A stretch of 45,390 nucleotides of DNA from Verrucomicrobiales bacterium (GTDB lineage: Bacteria; Verrucomicrobiota; Verrucomicrobiia; Verrucomicrobiales; SLCJ01): the NCBI GenBank assembly GCA_046075565.1, contig JBJTQJ010000046.1, positions 1 through 45,390 on the forward strand, written 5' to 3'. Below, in pieces: positions 35,901 through 43,434 of the stretch. Below the pieces are notes generated by a model. That model ran no database searches. It worked only from the letters and a program-made list of their open reading frames with translations, and was not told where the DNA came from. A program made the position numbers and the translations under genes. Numbering within the stretch: the stretch's first letter is position 1; each line of letters begins with the position of its first letter.

Positions 35901-36474
35901 GCATGAACGCGGGCAAAGAAATGGCACGCCGCTCAAAGGCGTAGGCGATGTGATTCCAAAACGCGAGGATATCCGCCGGGCGTTCTTCCCAAAGCCGGAG
36001 GGGTTCGAGGGAATCGACCGACCAACGCGGGCTCAAGCGCACCAGATCGGTATCACGCACCACGCCTTCGATTTCGAAGCGACGGTAACGTTTCTCCAGT
36101 TTCTCGATGAACATTTCCTCGCGGCTTTCCAAGGCGCGCCCGAGCTTCTGCTCGATGATCATGGCCAAGGATTCCTGCCCGACCTCGTTCGGATTCTCCG
36201 GAATATCTCCTCCACGCTTCAGGAATTCGAGCATGGTCGCGACCATGGCCGGTCCGGCATTGGCATCCTCCGGCTGCACTTCCCCATCCCATCTTCCCTG
36301 CCGGAGATACAATCCGGTGCGATACACTTTGTTGATTTCGACCTGCGCGCGGATAAACACGCTGTTGCCGAAAATCTGGGTCACGGCGCCGTCGCGTTGG
36401 ATCAACTCGCCCTCACGACGATCGTGTTTGGGAAATCCGTTGAGAAAGTCAAGGGTCGGTCGGTCGGGGGCCAT
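32953..36474 (-). CDS. SNF2/SWI2 family helicase-like ATPase
   Basis: LRPYQ, [54 protein letters not shown] and [21 protein letters not shown] motifs. Start 36474 (ATG) or 36480. Confidence 0.95.
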   Translation of the reverse strand: [1173 protein letters not shown]

Positions 36475-36595
36475 GGGCAAGCGGGCACAGTAGCACGTTT
36501 CATTCCGTCTGCCAGATTCGTTTGCTTATTCTCGAGATATTTCCGTGGCAATGACATGTTGATTGCCCCCATCATCCGTGGTTTGTTTCCCGTTT

Positions 36596-37165
36596 ATGAA
36601 AACCCCCGCCGAACCCGCCCCGGACGCCTTCACCGTGGATTCTCCCATGGACGGGCTCATGGCGGCTTGGCCGGGAGCGCGCCGCGCCCTTTTTGCGCGT
36701 TACCACATCGGTGGTTGCTCGAGTTGCGGCTTCCAGCCCGGTGAATCACTGGCCGAGGTTTGTGCCCGGCACGAGGTTGACCCTGCCGAATCCCTCGACC
36801 ACCTCCGGGAAGCGGCCGTCGCCGATGCCGCCCTCCTGATTTCCCCCGCCGAGGCAAAGACCCTGCTCGATGGGGAAAATGCCCCCGTCCTCATCGACCT
36901 CCGCACCCGGGAGGAACACGATGCCGTCCGCCTGCCCGGCAGCCTGTTTTTCACCGAAGATCTCCAGCGCGAGGCCTTTGCCACCTGGGACAAAAACCGC
37001 TCCATTATCCTTTACGACCACTCGGGCGGCCGTTCGCTCGACATGGCTGCCTGGTTCGCGGGTCACGGGCTCCGCGCCACGCGAGCTCTTGCCGGCGGCA
37101 TCGACGCCTGGAGCCGCGAGGTGGACCGCACCGTCCCCCGCTATCGTATAGAAATGGAAAGCTGA
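36596..37165 (+). CDS. DUF1858-like CxxC domain fused to a rhodanese-like domain (catalytic Cys replaced by Asp)
   Basis: ALFARYHIGGCSSCGF...ESLAEVC N-domain; LIDLRTREEHDAVRLPGS...IILYDHSGGRS...LAGGIDAWSREVD rhodanese fold. Confidence 0.8.
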   Translation: MKTPAEPAPDAFTVDSPMDGLMAAWPGARRALFARYHIGGCSSCGFQPGESLAEVCARHEVDPAESLDHLREAAVADAALLISPAEAKTLLDGENAPVLIDLRTREEHDAVRLPGSLFFTEDLQREAFATWDKNRSIILYDHSGGRSLDMAAWFAGHGLRATRALAGGIDAWSREVDRTVPRYRIEMES

Positions 37166-37172
37166 GACCACC

Positions 37173-37646
37173 ATGGACGAACAAAAATTCCAGGACGCCC
37201 TTGCCAACCCGCGCAATTTGGGGGAAATGACCGACGCCGACGCGGTCGGCACGGTGGGAAATCCCGATTGTGGCGACATGCTGCGGATGTGGATTAAATT
37301 TAAAGAGGAAAACGGACGCAAGGTCATCGATCGCGCCTCGTTCCAGTCCTTCGGCTGCCAAACCGCCATCGCCGTTGCCTCCATGGCCACCGAACTGCTA
37401 CGGGGAAAATCCGTAGAGGAAGCCCGCCAGCTCGATGCCGCCTCGCTCAGCGGCGAGCTCGGACCACTTCCCCCGATGAAAATCCACTGCGGCCAGCTCG
37501 TCGAAGGGGCGTTGCGCTCGGCCCTCGGCCAAGCACCTGCTGCGGCGCCCGGCGCCGGCTCCGCCTCGACCCTTTCCGCCTCCTTGCATCGCACCGCGCC
37601 TTCTGGCAAAGTGAAGGTCATTCCCCTTGAAGATGACGCCGGTTGA
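37173..37646 (+). CDS. IscU/NifU-N Fe-S cluster scaffold protein
   Basis: NPRNLGE, GNPDCGDML, FGCQTAIA and MKIHC: three conserved Cys ligands. Confidence 0.9.
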   Translation: MDEQKFQDALANPRNLGEMTDADAVGTVGNPDCGDMLRMWIKFKEENGRKVIDRASFQSFGCQTAIAVASMATELLRGKSVEEARQLDAASLSGELGPLPPMKIHCGQLVEGALRSALGQAPAAAPGAGSASTLSASLHRTAPSGKVKVIPLEDDAG

Positions 37647-37671
37647 CCGGCCCAACCTTAGAAAATACGCC

Positions 37672-38202
37672 ATGTCCTCGAAAATCACCCTCTCCCGCGA
37701 CGTCACCGCCGTGCAAATCCCCAGCGGTGAAACCATCGCCCTGCCCGTCGGCACCGAAGTCTTCATCACCCAATCCCTCGGTGGCACCTACACCGTCGCC
37801 ACCGACTTCGGACTCGCCCGCATCGGCTCGAAAGACGCCGACGCCCTCGGCATCGAACCGGAGAAACAATCCGCTGAAGCCATCCCCGAAGGCGACCTCG
37901 AAGGCCAGGTCTGGGCGCAATTGAAGAATGTTTACGACCCGGAAATCCCCGTCAATATCGTGGACCTCGGTCTCGTCTATGATTGCGAACTGGTGGAGAA
38001 AGATGGGAAACAATCCGCGCTGGTCAAAATGACCCTCACCGCCCCCGGTTGCGGCATGGGCCCTGTCATCGCCGCCGACGCGCAGGCCCGCATCATGACC
38101 ATCCCCGGCATCAACGACGCCTCCGTCGATATCGTTTGGGACCCGCCCTGGAACCAGGAAATGATTTCCGAGGAAGGCAAGATGAAACTCGGGATGATTT
38201 GA
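37672..38202 (+). CDS. sufT: Fe-S cluster assembly protein SufT (DUF59/MIP18 family)
   Basis: ITQSLGGTYTV N-domain; YDPEIPVNIVDLGLVY, MTLTAPGCGMGP and VWDPPW motifs. Confidence 0.9.
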   Translation: MSSKITLSRDVTAVQIPSGETIALPVGTEVFITQSLGGTYTVATDFGLARIGSKDADALGIEPEKQSAEAIPEGDLEGQVWAQLKNVYDPEIPVNIVDLGLVYDCELVEKDGKQSALVKMTLTAPGCGMGPVIAADAQARIMTIPGINDASVDIVWDPPWNQEMISEEGKMKLGMI

Positions 38203-38421
38203 GCGGACAGGAAGAGGATTTCCACGAAATCAACAAACTCCCCGCTCCCATGACCAAAGCTGATACCGCACTTCCTGAAAAGAAGTGGCTTTGGATAGAG
38301 AGCGAGAGCTTTTTGGGCCGTCGGTTCCCTTGGCTTATTGGGATCATCGCGTTAAAGCGCCGATGACGACACCTCGCTCATCGCGTAAACTTTTTATACA
38401 TCTCTGACTCGAGCCAACGCG

Positions 38422-39018
38422 ATGACCTACGCCGAATTCAGCTCACTGGTGACGCAAGCCCCCTGTGGAGTCGTTTTACTCGAAGGACGACGGGCCATTT
38501 CCGACGAATATGCGATTCTGGCGGAGAATCTGGCCCGACATCTGGCGTCAGAGTTTCCATCACTCCGTTTCCGCTCTGGCAATGCGGAAGGAGCTGATGC
38601 TGCATTTTCCCGCGGCATTGCTGCCATCGACCCGCGCCGTCTCCAAGTGGTGGCGCCGTATTCTTCCCATCGCAAAAGCCTGCGCTACTCCGAGGCCGAG
38701 TATGACTCCCCCGACTCTCTTCTCCTGTCCCAAGAAGAGGAAATTGCCACCAAGACGATCTGGGCCAGCCCGAAAAGCAAAGGAATGATCGCAAAACGCG
38801 GTCAAAGCAGCGCAGCGGGGGCCAAAGCTCTCTATCTGCTGCGCGACACGATGAAAGTGACTGGACATTCCGATTCGTTTCCAAAACCAATCTGCGCGCT
38901 TTTTTATGTGAACCTCGAAGACCCCATGGATGGCGGCACCGGTCACACCATCCGGGTTTGCCGCCAAGAAGGTGTGCCCGCGGTATTCCAAGACTCCTGG
39001 GCCGGGTGGCTTGGTTGA
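38422..39018 (+). CDS. Stand-alone SLOG (DprA/Smf/LOG) superfamily protein
   Basis: VLLEGRR, FRSGNAEGADAAF, LLRD and GGTGHTIRVC...GVP motifs matching the SLOG Rossmannoid pattern. Confidence 0.65.
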   Translation: MTYAEFSSLVTQAPCGVVLLEGRRAISDEYAILAENLARHLASEFPSLRFRSGNAEGADAAFSRGIAAIDPRRLQVVAPYSSHRKSLRYSEAEYDSPDSLLLSQEEEIATKTIWASPKSKGMIAKRGQSSAAGAKALYLLRDTMKVTGHSDSFPKPICALFYVNLEDPMDGGTGHTIRVCRQEGVPAVFQDSWAGWLG

Positions 39019-39081
39019 GGCCGTCGGCCCATCGTCTGGGGCTTGCAGGGCCCCGCGAATGGGGCAAAGTGCCCGATTCCC

Positions 39082-40608
39082 ATGAATCCGTTCCGCGAAG
39101 ACCTCGTCACTCGCCAGCGCCCGGCCCCGTGCACGGTGGTCATCTTTGGCGCAACCGGGGATTTGACGCACCGGAAGCTAGTCCCGGCGCTCTACAATAT
39201 CGCAGTGGATGGAGAACTCCCTCCGGACCTCGCCATCGTGGGTTTCGCAAGGAGGGAAAAATCCGACGAGGATTTCCGGCGTGATCTCGAGGCTATGAAC
39301 CCGAAGGTCTCGCGCCAACCCCACGACCCGGCGGTTTGGGATCCTTTCGCCCGCTCCATTTCCTATCATCGCAGTGATTTCAATGATCCGGCAGGTTACG
39401 AAGGGCTGCAAACCCGGCTCGCGGAAATCGAAGCCGCACGCGGCGGATGCGGCAACCGGCTCTTCTATCTTGCTTCCGCTCCGGAGAGTTTCAGTGAGAT
39501 TCTCGGCCAACTTCGCGCCGCCGGGTTGAACCAACCCTGCGCCGGAGGATGGTCGCGGATCATCGTGGAGAAACCTTTTGGCACGGATCTTCCGAGCGCC
39601 CGCGCCCTCAATGAGGAACTGGCCCGCACTTTCGCGGAAGCCGACACCTTCCGCATCGATCACTATCTGGGCAAAGAGACCGCGCAGAATCTCATGGTCC
39701 TGCGCTTCGCCAACGCCATTTTCGAACCCCTCTGGCGCAACCGCTTCATCGATCACGTGCAAATCACCTGCTCGGAAGACCTCGGCATGGAAGGCGGACG
39801 CGGCGGCTACTACGACAAAGCCGGCGCGCTGCGCGACATGGTGCAAAACCACCTGCTCCAGCTCCTCAGCCTCATCGCGATGGAGCCACCCGTCGACCTT
39901 TCGGCCGATGGCGTGCGCGACGCGAAGGTCAATGTCTTGCGAGCTCTCCGCCCGATGCCGACCGCCGCCGATGTAAACGAAAATGTAATCCGCGCGCAAT
40001 ACACATCCGGCACCATCGCCGGCGCACCGGTGCCGGGGTACCGCGAGGAAGACCGCATTCCGGAGAATTCCCTGACCGAGCCGTATGTCGCCCTGCGGCT
40101 GTTCATCGACTCCTGGCGTTGGGTCGGTGTTCCCTTCTACATCCGGATGGGAAAACGGTTGCCGAAGAAAGCGACTGAAATTTCCGTGCATTTCAAACTG
40201 CCTCCGGCGGTGCTCTTCAACAAGACACCCGATCCGGCGCACGAAAATACACTCGTCATCCGCATCCAACCCGATGAAGGTCATTCCCTGCGAATGGTGT
40301 CGAAACTTCCGGGCGTGAGCCTGCGCATGGAGAGTGTGAAGATGGATTTCCGCTATGCGACCAGCTTTGGCAAAGCTAGCCCCGAGGCCTACGAGCGACT
40401 TTTGCTCGATGCCATGGCCGGAGACGCCACGCTTTTCGCCCGTCGGGACGAGGTCGAAACCGCCTGGGCTTTCATCGACGCCATCGAACACGCATGGCAT
40501 CAATCCGACACACCTCCGCCGATGGCGGAATACTCCGCCGGCTCATGGGGCCCGGTGGAAGCCGACGAGTTGCTCGCCCGCGAAGGCCGGGTCTGGCGCA
40601 GGCTCTGA
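39082..40608 (+). CDS. zwf: Glucose-6-phosphate 1-dehydrogenase
   Basis: IFGATGDL, EKPFG, RIDHYLGKE, RDMVQNHLLQ and EAYERLLLD motifs. Confidence 0.97.
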   Translation: MNPFREDLVTRQRPAPCTVVIFGATGDLTHRKLVPALYNIAVDGELPPDLAIVGFARREKSDEDFRRDLEAMNPKVSRQPHDPAVWDPFARSISYHRSDFNDPAGYEGLQTRLAEIEAARGGCGNRLFYLASAPESFSEILGQLRAAGLNQPCAGGWSRIIVEKPFGTDLPSARALNEELARTFAEADTFRIDHYLGKETAQNLMVLRFANAIFEPLWRNRFIDHVQITCSEDLGMEGGRGGYYDKAGALRDMVQNHLLQLLSLIAMEPPVDLSADGVRDAKVNVLRALRPMPTAADVNENVIRAQYTSGTIAGAPVPGYREEDRIPENSLTEPYVALRLFIDSWRWVGVPFYIRMGKRLPKKATEISVHFKLPPAVLFNKTPDPAHENTLVIRIQPDEGHSLRMVSKLPGVSLRMESVKMDFRYATSFGKASPEAYERLLLDAMAGDATLFARRDEVETAWAFIDAIEHAWHQSDTPPPMAEYSAGSWGPVEADELLAREGRVWRRL

Positions 40609-40644
40609 TTTTCCACTCACTTGACCGACAACCAATCCAACATC

Positions 40645-41175
40645 ATGGAACCCACGCCGCTTGAATCAATCCGCGCCGCCGTCCGCGACGTGCCCGACTT
40701 TCCGAAACCCGGAATCGTCTTCAAGGACATCACACCTGTCCTCGCCGACCCCGATTTGTTCCGCTTTTCCATTGATGCCTTTTGTGATCTGGCTGCCGAA
40801 CTGAAAGTGGAAAAGGTGGTTGGCATCGATGCGCGCGGCTTCATCTTTGGTGGCGCGGTTGCCCTCTGCCTCGGAGCCGGCTTTGTGCCCATGCGCAAAC
40901 GCGGCAAACTCCCTTGGGCCACCGAGTCCGCCAGTTATGCCCTCGAATACGGGGAAGCCGTGCTTGAGGTCCACAAGGATGCCATCGCTCCGGGAGAAAA
41001 AGTCCTGCTTGTCGATGATCTACTGGCCACCGGAGGAACAAGCGCGGCCGCACTTCAATTGGTCCACCGCCTTGGTGGAGAAGTTGTCGGGGCACACTTC
41101 CTCGTCGAACTCGCTTTTCTCGAAGGCCGGAAAAACCTGTCCTGCCAAGGAGTCGAAGCGCTGGTGGTGTATTGA
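40645..41175 (+). CDS. apt: Adenine phosphoribosyltransferase
   Basis: VPDFPKPGIVFKDITP, GIDARGF, RKRGKLP, YALEYG and VDDLLATGGT motifs. Confidence 0.95.
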   Translation: MEPTPLESIRAAVRDVPDFPKPGIVFKDITPVLADPDLFRFSIDAFCDLAAELKVEKVVGIDARGFIFGGAVALCLGAGFVPMRKRGKLPWATESASYALEYGEAVLEVHKDAIAPGEKVLLVDDLLATGGTSAAALQLVHRLGGEVVGAHFLVELAFLEGRKNLSCQGVEALVVY

Positions 41176-41322
41176 TTCGGGTGGTGACCGTGCCGGGGCA
41201 CGTCGGGAATCGAGGCTATGTTTGGGATTGATCGATGCTACCCGGACAGAACCCCTTCAGGGTCAATAACCGGTAGATGCTGGAACAATGCTACTGGGAA
41301 GGGCGATATATGATCTTACCCC

Positions 41323-41352
41323 AGTGCGGTGGAGGAACCACCGCACTCCAGA
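41323..41352 (-). repeat. GGAG-type REP-like hairpin
   Basis: Perfect 10-bp stem AGTGCGGTGG/CCACCGCACT (41323-41347); the minus strand reads CTGGAGTGCGGTGG-ttcct-CCACCGCACT. Confidence 0.55.
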
Positions 41353-41500
41353 GCCTCCGGCGGATGATCCGTGGCTCTATGGAAAAGGGAGAGCGTGGCT
41401 CTCGGGGTTGGCTTACCGTAGGGCCGCAGGCTCTTGGACTGCTGGGATTCTTCCCAGCTCTTGGGGGGGGTGACGCGGCGGCCCAGCGAGTCGGGACCAT

Positions 41501-41790
41501 TCCCGGGGTAGGCCATGCGGACCAACCCCCGGGCTTTGGGACGGAACCCCGTTGGGGTTCACGAGCACGGAAGTGCCTTGTCATCGCGGACCCAAGTTTT
41601 CCAAGTGAGCGTTGTCCCGATGTCCGATTGCCGTCAATCGCAACGGGATCGCGCCCAAATCCGTGCCTCTTGCCGACAATTGTCTCTGCCCCAATCCCAG
41701 CGGGATTATGTCCCAGAGCCCGGGGTTGTCCCGCAATGCGGGGCTAGCCTGGGACCCGGAAAAAAGAAGATGAAAACCCTGCAAGGGTTT
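41501..41790. repeat. Inverted pair of ~60-bp composite palindromic (REP-like) units plus degenerate hairpins
   Basis: 41501-41559 TCCCGGGGTAGGCC..CAACCCCCGGGCTTTGGGACGGAACCCCGTTGGGGTT aligns with the reverse complement of 41693-41754. Additional AAAACCCT-gca-AGGGTTTT hairpin at about 41773-41791. Confidence 0.6.
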
Positions 41791-41890
41791 TGTCCCGTTT
41801 GCTGGAGGACGTAACAGAATTGCTTGATTGGTCACGGTCAGCTCAATGGGATCTGCCGCCACCAAGCAACTCGCCGCTCCGAACGACAAA

Positions 41891-41996
41891 GGCAGGGACG
41901 TTTGTCCTCAAACGTCCGCGGCGGAAGACCTACAACGCTTTGGCGGTCTCTTTGGCCTCACGATCTCACGGACCGCTGGGGACAGCGGTCCCTGCC
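41891..41996. repeat. REPIN-like inverted doublet of GCAG-REP palindromes
   Basis: GGCAG-GGACGTTTG-tcct-CAAACGTCC-G (41891-41918) and, on the opposite strand, GGCAG-GGACCGCTG-tccc-CAGCGGTCC-G (41996-41969). Confidence 0.7.
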
Positions 41997-42123
41997 TGTC
42001 GGTTGATCTGTCTCGTTGATTGGTCGTGGTCGGATCCGAGAGCTTTCGCTTCACGGCGGCGACCTTAAGCGCGATACGAAGCGCCGGGCGGATGAGATGG
42101 TGGGCCAATGCGACCATGGCGGC

Positions 42124-43401
42124 TCACACGAGGTCCACAATACTCCCGAAATCGGGGTCGGTGAGGCGTCTGCAGGTCCGGGAGGCGAATCCATCGGTCA
42201 TGCCGGCCAGATAATCACAGAGCACCCGAGCTCGCCGCGATGTCCCGGCTTCGGATTGGAGCAGGGCGGAGGTATCGGGCGGAAGGAGATTGAAGGACGG
42301 TTCCTCCCGATCGAGGTATTGGCCGGCGAAAATGGCGAAGACTTCGGTAAGCATCCGCTCGCCCTTGTATTCCAGTTGCTTGAGTTGGTGAGTGAGGAAG
42401 ACGCGTTCGAAGGCGAGTTTCTTGTATGTCCGGCACTCGACGAGGATATCCGGGTCGAGTTCGAGGGCATAGCGATGGCGGTTGGTCAGGTCGGCCAGGT
42501 GGCCGGGGCGCTCGACGAGGGTGACACTGCGGATGAAGTCCCCGATGCGTCGCTCCATGCGGGGTTCCGCCTTCCCATCCCGGATGGCCTGGAGCAAATT
42601 CTCGATGACCTTGCCCGCCGTGCCGGCAAGTGACTTCTCGGTCGCCCATTTTTCGATGGCTGTGCTTCCGAGAAAACCGGCATGAATGCCATCGACAATG
42701 TCGTGGATGGAATAAGCGGTGTCGTCGGCCCAGTCCATGACCTGGCATTCGATCGAACGCACAGCATCGCGTGCCGAACCCGGAACGGCGGCAGCGGGAA
42801 ATTCCCTCCCTCCCATCACGAAGCCCAGCGTTTCGGCCTGCTCGTCGTAAAGAAAATGGTTTTCCGGTGCGGCGGAAACGGAGTCCATCAATTCCCGGCG
42901 GAGAGTCTTGTATTTCAGCACGCCATCGAGAAAGGCGCGGGTCGGATTCATGCCGCGGCGTCCTTGGTAGATCGTATTTGTTAGGAGCCGCAAGGTTTGC
43001 GCGTTGCCCTCGAAGCCACCGTGCTTTTCCATGAGGCGGTTGAGCGTGCGCTCGCCCGCATGGCCGAAGGGCGGGTGGCCCAGATCATGGGCAAGACAGA
43101 TGGCTTCGACGAGATCGGAATCGATGTGATAATTATCCCCGAGCAGGGGCGAAACCCTCTGGAGATGGCGGCAAATGGAACGCCCGATTTGCGCCACCTC
43201 GATGGAATGGGTGAGCCGCGTGCGGTAGAAGTCGTATTCGCCCGCGAGGAAAACCTGGGTCTTGCTCTGAAGACGGCGGAAGGCGGAACTGTGGATGACC
43301 CGATCACGATCGACCTCGAAGGGTGTGCGAGAATCATCAGTGCCGGCCCCGCCCGGCTGGAGGCGCTCGCCGTCGAAGGCTTGGTAAAACTGATTTTCCA
43401 T
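42124..43401 (-). CDS. dgt: Deoxyguanosinetriphosphate triphosphohydrolase (dGTPase, HD family)
   Basis: DRDRVIHSSAFRRLQSKTQV, RTRLTHSIEV, AHDLGHPPFGHAGE, FEGNAQ, ADDTAYSIHD and DYLAGMTD motifs. Confidence 0.93.
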   Translation of the reverse strand: MENQFYQAFDGERLQPGGAGTDDSRTPFEVDRDRVIHSSAFRRLQSKTQVFLAGEYDFYRTRLTHSIEVAQIGRSICRHLQRVSPLLGDNYHIDSDLVEAICLAHDLGHPPFGHAGERTLNRLMEKHGGFEGNAQTLRLLTNTIYQGRRGMNPTRAFLDGVLKYKTLRRELMDSVSAAPENHFLYDEQAETLGFVMGGREFPAAAVPGSARDAVRSIECQVMDWADDTAYSIHDIVDGIHAGFLGSTAIEKWATEKSLAGTAGKVIENLLQAIRDGKAEPRMERRIGDFIRSVTLVERPGHLADLTNRHRYALELDPDILVECRTYKKLAFERVFLTHQLKQLEYKGERMLTEVFAIFAGQYLDREEPSFNLLPPDTSALLQSEAGTSRRARVLCDYLAGMTDGFASRTCRRLTDPDFGSIVDLV

Positions 43402-43434
43402 GGGCGGGGGAGACGAACCGGAAGGAGCAGGAGA

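Noticed and set aside
32953-36474. SNF2 ATPase as part of a defence system (e.g. DISARM- or Zorya-associated)
   Set aside because: No methylase, nuclease or other defence partners adjacent; it resembles the common stand-alone bacterial SNF2.
38250-38366. Short ORF MTKADTALPEKKWLWIESESFLGRRFPWLIGIIALKRR before the SLOG gene
   Set aside because: Only 38 codons, with no clear RBS or recognisable motif; cannot be supported from sequence alone.
42124-43401. Anti-phage dGTPase
   Set aside because: Housekeeping context and typical GC/codon style; nothing marks it as part of a defence island.
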